A DNA stretch of 64,000 bases, taken from the IMG/VR virus record IMGVR_UViG_3300020414_001694, positions 1 through 64,000 of that record. One strand, 5' to 3'. Both the position numbers and the translations under genes were made by a program. The stretch is from a virus. Lineage: Duplodnaviria > Caudoviricetes. This document shows, piece after piece, positions 51,307 through 59,853 of this stretch; the stretch's first letter is position 1, and each line of letters begins with the position of its first letter. The notes below the pieces were generated by a model, which saw only the letters and a program-made list of their open reading frames with translations, ran no database searches and was not told the origin of the DNA.

Positions 51307-52352
51307 TAAGAGTATCTCCCAAATATGTGAGCATTTGACTCTTTTTGCGAAGAAGCAGACTGTACAATAAACTTTGCCTTTAGTCTTAACTCCTCTAGAG
51401 AGGTTACTCCCGAGTAAGAACACCCTGAACGAATGCCTTGTTCGAGTTCATAGACGATTTCCGCTACTGGACCTCTGCAAGGAACTGATGTAGCCACACC
51501 TTCGAGTGAAGAAAACTTGCCTCTCCAATCTTTTTGCGCTTCTTTGGATGCCATACCCCGAAAATTTTTACGCAAGTTTCCGTCTGCGTCCTCAAAGGTA
51601 CTTCCTGGCGTCTCGTCCGTCCCCGAAAGCAACGAACCCAACATAACCAAGTCTGCACCTGCTGCAAGTGCCTTGACCGCATCACCTGAGTTGCGAATAC
51701 CGCCGTCTGCGATAATCATGACTGTTCCTGCATACTGAGATTCCGCACAATCAAGAATAGTCTGAAGTCCTGGTACCCCGTGTCCTGTCTGAATACGAGT
51801 GGTGCAAATGGAACCTCCTCCAACATTGCAGCGCACAGAATCAGCACCCCAGTTAGCAAGTGCTTCATACCCTTCCTTGGTTGCGACATTACCTGCCATG
51901 ACGTGAAGATAATCAGGTGCCCAAGATTTAATATTGTCTATTGCTTCTTGCATCATCTTGTGATGCCCATGAGCAACATCTATACAAATAACTGATGCAC
52001 CTTTGGCAACAAGTTCCTGAGTTCTCTCCAGATAATCGCCTGTAACTCCAACGGCAGCGCCGAGTAGAAAACCACCCTTCTTCATAGCAGACTCAACAAG
52101 TTGCGCTTGCTTCTCAATAGTGTTGTAGCGATGGATAATCCCCAAACCGCCCATACGAAACATCATTGCTGCCATGTTAGCACCAGTAATAGTATCCATT
52201 GGACTAGAAATAATCGGAATAGCAAGATTAAACCCTGGTTCAAACGGTACGGACAAGTCTACCTGCGTTCTTGTTTGAATAGAACTATACTGAGGGACAA
52301 GCAGAACATCATCATATGTCAATGCTGGTTCTTTGCTTATAAACTTACTCAT
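51306..52352 (-). CDS. guaB: IMP dehydrogenase/GMP reductase family, CBS-less (start MSKFIS)
   Basis: LTYDDVLLVP, SSPMDT, IDVAHGH, GSICTTR (catalytic Cys), IIADGG, FRGMAS, EGV. Confidence 0.88.
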   Translation of the reverse strand: MSKFISKEPALTYDDVLLVPQYSSIQTRTQVDLSVPFEPGFNLAIPIISSPMDTITGANMAAMMFRMGGLGIIHRYNTIEKQAQLVESAMKKGGFLLGAAVGVTGDYLERTQELVAKGASVICIDVAHGHHKMMQEAIDNIKSWAPDYLHVMAGNVATKEGYEALANWGADSVRCNVGGGSICTTRIQTGHGVPGLQTILDCAESQYAGTVMIIADGGIRNSGDAVKALAAGADLVMLGSLLSGTDETPGSTFEDADGNLRKNFRGMASKEAQKDWRGKFSSLEGVATSVPCRGPVAEIVYELEQGIRSGCSYSGVTSLEELRLKAKFIVQSASSQKESNAHIFGRYS

Positions 52353-52758
52353 CTTTAGTTTCTCCTTCTTTGGGGACTTTAACCTTCGGCGTACCTTTTT
52401 TAATATAATCCTCAACCTCTGGATAGTCTTGCGAATCTGGTACAACCTTGTTCCTCCTCTTTTTCGGGTCTTCCTTTTTTATCAGATGCCTATCTAGTGC
52501 TGTCTGCTTCTTATAAACGTGTTCTTTTGCTGCCGCCAACCCATTGTCCCAACAGTCTGGGCAAAAGAGACTTACCCTTTTCTGCTCTCTTCTCTCGACA
52601 ACAATCCAAGTGTTATGATGCTCCTTGCTCGTTTTGTCAAAGTCCTTGTAACACATAACACAGCAATCAGGCATTCTATCAAAAGACATTACTTTATCTT
52701 TTAGTTCTTTCTCTGCCTTTTTCTTTTTTGCTTTCTGTATCTTTCTTTTAAGACTCAT
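52345..52758 (-). CDS. Zn-finger hypothetical protein
   Basis: C..C...CPDCW. Confidence 0.65.
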   Translation of the reverse strand: MSLKRKIQKAKKKKAEKELKDKVMSFDRMPDCCVMCYKDFDKTSKEHHNTWIVVERREQKRVSLFCPDCWDNGLAAAKEHVYKKQTALDRHLIKKEDPKKRRNKVVPDSQDYPEVEDYIKKGTPKVKVPKEGETKDE

Positions 52759-53212
52759 CAGTCGAACCTAGAGCGCCGTCGCCTCGGTTAGAAATCGTAA
52801 TTGGATGCCAATTGTACAAATCTCCCGTACCAGTCTCAAGTGCTCGAAAATGAACAACTGGGACCATCACTGCCTGAGCAATCTTATCGTGACGTGTAAC
52901 AATCTGTTCTTCGCTCCCAACATTGTGCAAGTTTACGAAAATCTCTCCGTCATACCCAGAATCAACGACACAAGCACCTACAAGCAAACTTCTCTTTGCT
53001 GCGACGGAAGAGCGATTCTTAATCTCAAGCATGTACCCATGAGGAACTCCGACACGGATGCCTGTTTGAAAAAGTTTGCTTTCCCCTGGTTTAATTCGAA
53101 CTCCCGCTTCAATACTCTCTGGATTAAAAAACAAATCCAATCCAGCATCAGAAGGGTTTGCCCTCGTGGGCGGTTTCGCATCTGGGCGAACTCGTGAATA
53201 CTCAATAATCAT
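52748..53212 (-). CDS. dut: Trimeric dUTPase
   Basis: AGLDL, RSS, VVDSGYDGEI, KIAQ, RGDGALGST. Confidence 0.95.
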   Translation of the reverse strand: MIIEYSRVRPDAKPPTRANPSDAGLDLFFNPESIEAGVRIKPGESKLFQTGIRVGVPHGYMLEIKNRSSVAAKRSLLVGACVVDSGYDGEIFVNLHNVGSEEQIVTRHDKIAQAVMVPVVHFRALETGTGDLYNWHPITISNRGDGALGSTDES

Positions 53213-53273
53213 AATATCTCCTTTATTTTAACTTTTATCACTATAACACAGTGTTTTTCTGTTTTCAAGTATT

Positions 53274-56200
53274 TTATGCTAATAATTTAAAATTATGTCT
53301 GATGGAACGAGTTGAGAAACCCCACTGTTCACTATAGTCTAGTCTTGCCATGTAAGGTTTATTAATCTCGACCACATCTGTGTCCCTGACACCCCAACAC
53401 TTAATTGTGCTAATAGTAGAAGTTGAATCAATAACCTTGACCATCCAATACTTCTTGTTATTCTTCGTCTTTCTTTCAATAACTTCACGAGGAATAAACC
53501 AAGCAACTGGAACCTCTGGGTAGAAATCACCAAGTGGTGGAATGTCACTGTTCTCTAACTGTTCTCGGACTGATGCTGACATAACCAAGTGAATAGGAAA
53601 CATGCCAGTCAAGTTAGTCTGGTGCTCAATCATCTCTTCCTTAGAGAAGTCACCCTCTGGTTCATAGAGTTCAATGTTCTCGTGAAACTTCTTCTTTGTC
53701 TTTGCCCTGTCTACTGCCACGGCAGACCAGAAATGTCTTGTACCCTTGAACCTCTCATCCATAAGAGGCATAAGTGCTTCTGAGCGAACAAGAACGTCCA
53801 GTGCCTTCTTATTTAATTTAGAGTAAACAACCCTATCGTGAAACAAGAATTCCTCAATCGTATTAAACGGACGGAAATTAAGAATCTGGTCTATTGCTGC
53901 ATCACCCAAACCTTTGATAGAAGAGAATGGTTGAATTAGCGCACCGTCGTCACCAATCTCCCAGTTACGAGTTGACAGGTTGATATCAAGAGGACGTATC
54001 TCAAAACCCATCTTCTTAGCAGTGTTGATTGCTCGCTCTTTTCTAGACTCTGGTTCTTTATCCAAGAATGCCGCCATCCACTCAACTGGGTAGTAGTTAA
54101 GCAACCAAGCGCACTGATAAGATAGAATAGAATAGGAAACTGCGTGAGACTTATTAAAACCATACCCTGAGAAGAACTCAAAGGTTTCCCAGAGTTTGGT
54201 TGCCTTATGCTCTGGAATACCTTTCTCAACGCACCCCGTAACAAACTTTTGATAAATCTTATTCTTCTCCTCGGCACCCTTGCCAGTGCCCTTCTTGGTA
54301 AGCAACTTACGAAGTAAGTTACCTTCATCAAGAGAAACATCTTTACCTAGTTTGTGAGCGAGAAGTGCAATTTGTTCCTGAAAGATAAGGAACCCATAAG
54401 TCTCCTCTGTCACTTCTTTGATAGTCGGATGAATATATTCTACTCCATCTGGATTTTCTTTTGCTCGGACATAACTTCTGTCAACCTTGGCAGAAAGTGG
54501 TCCTGGGCGAAAGATAGAAGTAATAGCAGAGATATCAACAATACTTCTAGGTTTAGCGTTTACACAGAAGTTCTGCGCTCCTGTCTCCGTAAACTGGAAT
54601 ACTCCTGCCCACTTGCCCTTATGAAAGATATTTTCATAAACCTCTTGGTCATCAAAATTGATAACATCGGGATGCAAGTTCTCCTGATAGTATTTCTTGA
54701 TGTCGGCAAATGTAGGTTTCCTGACACCCTTATGACGAACAAGAATAGAGCGAATTGCATCTTCCATCATTCGGAGAGAAGCAAGTCCAAGAATATCAAA
54801 CTTAATGAAACCCATTGGTTCCAGATGACGAACATTCTGACCCTCGGACCAAGGTGTTTGACGAACACCGCCAGAAGTAATAAGAGGCATTTGCTTGTGT
54901 AAGTCGTCTGCGATTACCACACCACCAGCGTGACGTGAAGAAGAACGCACTTGTCCGTATAGTGCTTCAACGTGCGTCTTGACGTGGGGATACTGTTGTA
55001 GAAATCTTTGCAAAGTGTCTGAAAACTCCATTACTTCTTCAAACGTAGGAGTGTAAACACCAGCAGAAATGTTGTGCTTCGCCTTTGCTTTTGGCGTTGC
55101 CTCTGCCATCATCCTACCAGTCACATTATTCACCTCATTGAAAGGTATCTTGTAAAACTTAGAGATATCTTTAATAAGAGAACGCAACTGCAAGGTGTTC
55201 CAGTTTGTAATCGGAACAACAGTGTTTTCGCCCCACTCTTCAACTAACTTTTCTTTAAGTTCCATTGGCGAACTTACATCGTAGTCAATATCTGGATAGT
55301 CTTTTGCGTCGGAACGTAAGAACCGAGAAAAGAGAAGTCCATATTTAATTGGGTCTACCTGGGTAATACCCAAGACGTATGCCACAAGTGAACCTGCTGC
55401 TGAACCTCGCCCTGGACCTGTAAGTTGCTCCTGCGTTGCTCTATCCGCAATTGCTTTCATTGTCAAGAAATACTTTGAGAAACCTCTATCGGCAATGACG
55501 TTTAGTTCTAATTTAAGTCTTTCAACGTAGTCTTTCTTCTTAGATAACTTAAAGTTTCTCAACCCCTCAATAGAAGCGGCGACGAGTGCCTCATCTGCTG
55601 TCTTGCCTGGGGGTACTACAAAGTCAGGCAAACGAACTTCGTTACTTGGGTAAAAAGATTCAATCATCTCGTGAGCAATCTTATGTGTTACAACAATACT
55701 TTCTCTAATAACATCATCGTCATACTCAACGCCTGCTTCTGCTGAATACTTCTTGTAACTTTCCCACATCTGGTCGCCATTCTTTGGGTAAAGTTCGTAA
55801 CCTACTTCTTCTACGTCAATAGGAAGTTCGGTGTCCATTTCCTTGCCCTTACCTAACCACCCCAACTTCTTGTAAAGAATCCTGTCTTTCCAAGATTCAG
55901 AAGTAGGATAGTGACTATCCGCAGTTGAGACAAGGGTTAAATCAAACTCTTTTGCGACCTGAATCACAAACTTATTTAAATCATGCTGCTCTTCAATATT
56001 GTTCCACTGCAACTCACACAGAAACCTATCTTTCCCAAGAATAGAAGTCATACGCTTGGCAGTTTCTCGCATGGCATTCAGAACTGCCTCATCACCATCT
56101 TCTCTATTTCTCCACATATCACCAGCGAACAAACCACCGAGACAAGCGGTTGATACAATGATGCCCTCAGAGTGCTGCTCTAACATATCGTAGTCAATTC

Positions 56201-56693
56201 TTGGGAAACGATAAAAGTTATCACCCTGAAAAGACTTAGAAATAAGTTGGAATATGTTTTCTAAACCTTTTTGGTTCTGGGCAAGAATAACAAGGTGATG
56301 ACGCCTGTTCACAATAGATTTATATGTTCTTACCTCAGTCTCAACGACAGCACCAGAAGTATTTGTATCCTTTAGGGCAGCAGCATTCTTTTTATTCTGT
56401 TTTGCCACCTCCATATCTTCTTTCCACTGCTTAATGGAGGGATGGAAATACGCCTCTACGCCAAAGATTGGTTTGAAGTCTTTACCAGACTTCTGCATCT
56501 TCTTAGCGTGTAGAACCATTTCTGCGAGTGCATTCTGGTTGCCGTGGTCTGTAATGGCGAAAGCATCAAGACCATTTTCATAAGCAGAGTCCATATGCTC
56601 TGATACGTATCCCAATGCATCAAAAGGAGAACCACCCACAGAGTGAGCGTGAAGTCCTACGAACGGTAAATTAGACTGAAGTCTATCTGTCAT
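53274..56693 (-). CDS. dnaE: DNA polymerase III alpha subunit (family C)
   Basis: PHP domain LHAHS/TDHG, GRGSAAGS, PDIDYD, HAGGVV, IKFDILGL, IFQEQ, GYGFNKSH, IKGLG. Confidence 0.97.
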   Translation of the reverse strand: MTDRLQSNLPFVGLHAHSVGGSPFDALGYVSEHMDSAYENGLDAFAITDHGNQNALAEMVLHAKKMQKSGKDFKPIFGVEAYFHPSIKQWKEDMEVAKQNKKNAAALKDTNTSGAVVETEVRTYKSIVNRRHHLVILAQNQKGLENIFQLISKSFQGDNFYRFPRIDYDMLEQHSEGIIVSTACLGGLFAGDMWRNREDGDEAVLNAMRETAKRMTSILGKDRFLCELQWNNIEEQHDLNKFVIQVAKEFDLTLVSTADSHYPTSESWKDRILYKKLGWLGKGKEMDTELPIDVEEVGYELYPKNGDQMWESYKKYSAEAGVEYDDDVIRESIVVTHKIAHEMIESFYPSNEVRLPDFVVPPGKTADEALVAASIEGLRNFKLSKKKDYVERLKLELNVIADRGFSKYFLTMKAIADRATQEQLTGPGRGSAAGSLVAYVLGITQVDPIKYGLLFSRFLRSDAKDYPDIDYDVSSPMELKEKLVEEWGENTVVPITNWNTLQLRSLIKDISKFYKIPFNEVNNVTGRMMAEATPKAKAKHNISAGVYTPTFEEVMEFSDTLQRFLQQYPHVKTHVEALYGQVRSSSRHAGGVVIADDLHKQMPLITSGGVRQTPWSEGQNVRHLEPMGFIKFDILGLASLRMMEDAIRSILVRHKGVRKPTFADIKKYYQENLHPDVINFDDQEVYENIFHKGKWAGVFQFTETGAQNFCVNAKPRSIVDISAITSIFRPGPLSAKVDRSYVRAKENPDGVEYIHPTIKEVTEETYGFLIFQEQIALLAHKLGKDVSLDEGNLLRKLLTKKGTGKGAEEKNKIYQKFVTGCVEKGIPEHKATKLWETFEFFSGYGFNKSHAVSYSILSYQCAWLLNYYPVEWMAAFLDKEPESRKERAINTAKKMGFEIRPLDINLSTRNWEIGDDGALIQPFSSIKGLGDAAIDQILNFRPFNTIEEFLFHDRVVYSKLNKKALDVLVRSEALMPLMDERFKGTRHFWSAVAVDRAKTKKKFHENIELYEPEGDFSKEEMIEHQTNLTGMFPIHLVMSASVREQLENSDIPPLGDFYPEVPVAWFIPREVIERKTKNNKKYWMVKVIDSTSTISTIKCWGVRDTDVVEINKPYMARLDYSEQWGFSTRSIRHNFKLLA

Positions 56694-56935
56694 TTCTTAT
56701 CCTCTAGAATTTGGTTGCAAACAGTTGACATCTCTTCTGCCAGTTGTCTGATACTTTCCTTTTCTTCTTCAAAAGTCTCATACATAATATTACTCATTGA
56801 CTCTTGAAATTCAAGAAAAAAACGAATCTGGTCGTTAGTAAGACTTGATGATACAAGCGGAAAACCAACCCTTTCCTTGATATGATACGGTATATTGTCA
56901 TACACTGATTCGTAACTTAAAACATTTTTCGCCAT
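56690..56935 (-). CDS. Hypothetical protein
   Basis: ORF track. Confidence 0.6.
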   Translation of the reverse strand: MAKNVLSYESVYDNIPYHIKERVGFPLVSSSLTNDQIRFFLEFQESMSNIMYETFEEEKESIRQLAEEMSTVCNQILEDKK

Positions 56936-57804
56936 TCTCTTTTCCTCCTCTTAAATCTTGTTATTGCTTCTGGTTTTTCTAGATTAATATTGCTTCCCAT
57001 AAGTTCCCGATATCCTTGAAACTTATCTATCTGATGATACTCATCGACCTCTATCTTGTGGAAATTGTCTCCATCATAGACGTTCTCAAACACTTTGTCA
57101 AGAGAAAAGAACCTGCCCGTGAAAGATTCAGACACTGAACGCTTTCTTCTCTTACCCTCTTCATCGACAAATTGATGTCCGACTTCCATCTTTTTAAAGT
57201 TTTTAGTTCTCTCTTCAACCTGCTCCTTTGTCAAAGAAAATCCAAGTTGAGTTCCATTTATAACAGAGTTGCCCTGGTGAGTCAAGACAATATTTTTATT
57301 TTGTAAAAAATTATGCTTTTCGCCTTCTCTGAAGAATCTTAAATTATCTGGTTCATAAACGCCGTGTGGAAATGCCACCCAGAACTTGTCCGTCTGTATT
57401 CTATACGAGATTCTCCTAGCAAACATATTTGCAACATTTGCTCCGTAAAGAATACTCCAAGCAAGGCAATCTCTTCGCTCTCTGTCCTTTGGGTGAATAG
57501 GCAGATAGTAGATTGGAATCCTTCTGTGCTCAAATGACTCTTTTTGGCGATTCTTCTTGTTCATTTGCAGCGGGTCCAGCAACCAACTTCCGACTATCTC
57601 TTTTACAAGTGGTTGAAACTCTAAATCAGAGACAATCCAGACTGCATCGCAACCAACAACGGCACACTCATAAACTGCTCTCTCGATAGCATAGTAATCT
57701 TTGTTTAAAGGCATTAAACAGTCGTGCCAAGGAAAAACATAGTCTGCTCTACGCTGCCCTGCAATTGGGACTATTCCTGCTATGTGTTTTTCCTTACTCG
57801 GCAT
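56917..57804 (-). CDS. Divergent sugar-phosphate nucleotidyltransferase (GT-A)-like protein
   Basis: GIVPIAG...LMP...IERAV.EC...GCD.VWIV resembles NTP-transferase N-terminus; canonical GxGxR absent. Confidence 0.5.
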   Translation of the reverse strand: MPSKEKHIAGIVPIAGQRRADYVFPWHDCLMPLNKDYYAIERAVYECAVVGCDAVWIVSDLEFQPLVKEIVGSWLLDPLQMNKKNRQKESFEHRRIPIYYLPIHPKDRERRDCLAWSILYGANVANMFARRISYRIQTDKFWVAFPHGVYEPDNLRFFREGEKHNFLQNKNIVLTHQGNSVINGTQLGFSLTKEQVEERTKNFKKMEVGHQFVDEEGKRRKRSVSESFTGRFFSLDKVFENVYDGDNFHKIEVDEYHQIDKFQGYRELMGSNINLEKPEAITRFKRRKREWRKMF

Positions 57805-58528
57805 ACATATAATCCATTATTTTAGTCAAATAAGCGTTATCACTAATATATTCTATTTCTTGCTTCTCGTCAAGGAAAATAATATCTTTTATTGGTTCAT
57901 AAACGTTTCTTCCTAACTCGATTATCTCTCTTTTTTGTGATTTTAGGGACATTTCTGTGCCAAAGTGTTTTGAAAGCAATTCTTCTGATTTGAAACGAGC
58001 AAATAATTCTGAAAATTCGTCTTTTGTTGTATCTTTTCTCGTTAAAGTGCTTTTTGCAACCAAATCTTTATAAGTTGTATTTCTCGCTCTTGGTTTTGTA
58101 TAAAAATAAAACTTTTCTATGAATCCCTCGGTGAATTCTTTGGTTCCACTCTCCATTGAAGGACATTTTATAATCTGAAACCAGTCATACACCTCAACCA
58201 AGTCAGAAGTTGTGCCAATAGGTTCTGGAAGTCCAGTCATTCCTTTGTCATCAAATAAAAATAACTTGTCGTAAGAAATTTGAAAAGTTTTCTTTTCAGT
58301 GAGAAGTTCTAGTTTGTTGTTATCCAACAACTTTGCTCTTCTTATATTATTTGCAAATGGAATAAACCCTGCGAGGGATAAAAAGAAGTAACATTGTTTC
58401 CAGTTGTTTACTTTTTCGTCGTGAGCGAAAGGTTTGGAGGGGATAGAATAGACGAGGGGGTAACCATTCTTCAATGCAAAGAATAGTGAATCTAGTGTTG
58501 CACCATAAACAAGTTTCTCATAGTGCAT
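57794..58528 (-). CDS. Hypothetical protein with degenerate Rossmann-like N-terminus
   Basis: LVYGATLDSLFFA..N.YP.VY resembles beta-alpha-beta of FAD/NAD-binding folds. Confidence 0.5.
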   Translation of the reverse strand: MHYEKLVYGATLDSLFFALKNGYPLVYSIPSKPFAHDEKVNNWKQCYFFLSLAGFIPFANNIRRAKLLDNNKLELLTEKKTFQISYDKLFLFDDKGMTGLPEPIGTTSDLVEVYDWFQIIKCPSMESGTKEFTEGFIEKFYFYTKPRARNTTYKDLVAKSTLTRKDTTKDEFSELFARFKSEELLSKHFGTEMSLKSQKREIIELGRNVYEPIKDIIFLDEKQEIEYISDNAYLTKIMDYMYAE

Positions 58529-59253
58529 TAATGCCCCTGTCTATTCTCTCGGTATGCAGAGACTGTGTGAGGAAAGTGCTCCTGAGCAAAAGTCAAACAA
58601 GCATTAGCAACTTGCTGAATCTCCCATTGTGCCCCTTCGTGAGTTCTCAAATCAATAAATTTAAGAAGATTCGAAAGATTACAACTTCCAATATACTGAG
58701 TGTAAAGGTTCTGAGGCAAAACACCTCTCGCTTGCTCTCTACAAACACCATTATTAAGAAGAGATTCGAACAAGTCCAAACAACGTCGGTGATGCATCAT
58801 AATAGCATCACTGGCATAGTTTGGAGAAACTGGAAGCAACGTATCCTTGAAGTTGCTGATATTTGGGTTTATCTCATCCAAGTTACTTGCTTGCCTGTTT
58901 GTCTCGTGCTGAGTTCTAAAAGTTTTTGGTTCATAGAACTGTAAATCTACAGAAGTATATCGACGTGAAATCTCGTTGTAACTCCAAGTCCTATGTCTGT
59001 GATGCTGTGAGCGCACATAGAGAGGAACAACGAACTTGAACGTCATAAAGCAGTGCTCAAGGGTTGAAGTGTGTCGGTGTTTTACAAGGTAATTAATAAG
59101 TTTTTTATCTTTCTCATCAATCTCTTCTTTTTCAACACCGAAACTTACTCTTGCTGCATTCACGACAGACAAGTCGTTCCCAATAGTTTGGATTAGTTCT
59201 ACCTTGCCGATATCGTCGCCGTAAAGGTGAATTGTGTTCCCTTCTCTTTGCAT
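58528..59253 (-). CDS. thyX: Flavin-dependent thymidylate synthase
   Basis: VVNAARVS, H.STLEH, RSQHHRHRTWSYNEISRRY, EQAR..LP, HEGAQWEI. Confidence 0.96.
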   Translation of the reverse strand: MQREGNTIHLYGDDIGKVELIQTIGNDLSVVNAARVSFGVEKEEIDEKDKKLINYLVKHRHTSTLEHCFMTFKFVVPLYVRSQHHRHRTWSYNEISRRYTSVDLQFYEPKTFRTQHETNRQASNLDEINPNISNFKDTLLPVSPNYASDAIMMHHRRCLDLFESLLNNGVCREQARGVLPQNLYTQYIGSCNLSNLLKFIDLRTHEGAQWEIQQVANACLTFAQEHFPHTVSAYRENRQGH

Positions 59254-59526
59254 TTAACCCTCAACATATCCTAAGACATAATTCTCTGAAACAAGATTTA
59301 CTTTACTTCCGTTGATGTCAACCTGTTGCAACATATTAGAAGGGAAGACAATGAAACTGCCTTGCTTCCAAGTGGTGTTACAATCAGACGCAACAGCAAC
59401 AACTTTCGCAACCTCAAACTCTGCTTTTGGTTGAAAACCCTCGGGCAAGAGAACACTGGTTTGCTCTTCTTGCTCCGAAGTCTTCAGTTCCAATAAAAGA
59501 TTTCTATTGGTAGGCGTGAACATCAA
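59254..59526 (-). CDS. groES: Co-chaperonin GroES-like (Cpn10)
   Basis: P..R.LL.E...SVLLP (mobile loop)...VVAV...G..IVF...V.I.G...LV.E..VLG.V. Confidence 0.75.
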   Translation of the reverse strand: MMFTPTNRNLLLELKTSEQEEQTSVLLPEGFQPKAEFEVAKVVAVASDCNTTWKQGSFIVFPSNMLQQVDINGSKVNLVSENYVLGYVEG

Positions 59527-59780
59527 TTAACTCGCTTCACAGTTTCGTAGAAATCCATGAGTTGCTCTGGGTCTACTCCGTTCTTAATCATACGGAATGC
59601 CTTCACTGCCATAGAAATCTCATCCTTGTCTAACCAACCGTTCTCAACGTAATTGGTCTTCAATGCTCGCTTTTGCTCCTTGAAAGGTTCCATTGCTTCC
59701 TCAAGCGCAGCGAGTGATTGAACGTAGTTCAAGATATGCTCTTCCTTGCGCTCTTCGAGCGTCTTAAATGTATCAGTCAT
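59523..59780 (-). CDS. T4 DsbA/GapR-like dsDNA-binding protein
   Basis: I..Y...LE.......KRAL......A...R..K pattern; promoter 59810-59839. Confidence 0.5.
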   Translation of the reverse strand: MTDTFKTLEERKEEHILNYVQSLAALEEAMEPFKEQKRALKTNYVENGWLDKDEISMAVKAFRMIKNGVDPEQLMDFYETVKRVN

Positions 59781-59853
59781 ATTTTCTCCTTTGTCTGACT
59801 GTGTGTCTTACTATAACACAAGTTGTTTTTGTTTGTCAAGAGTTTTTTTAACT

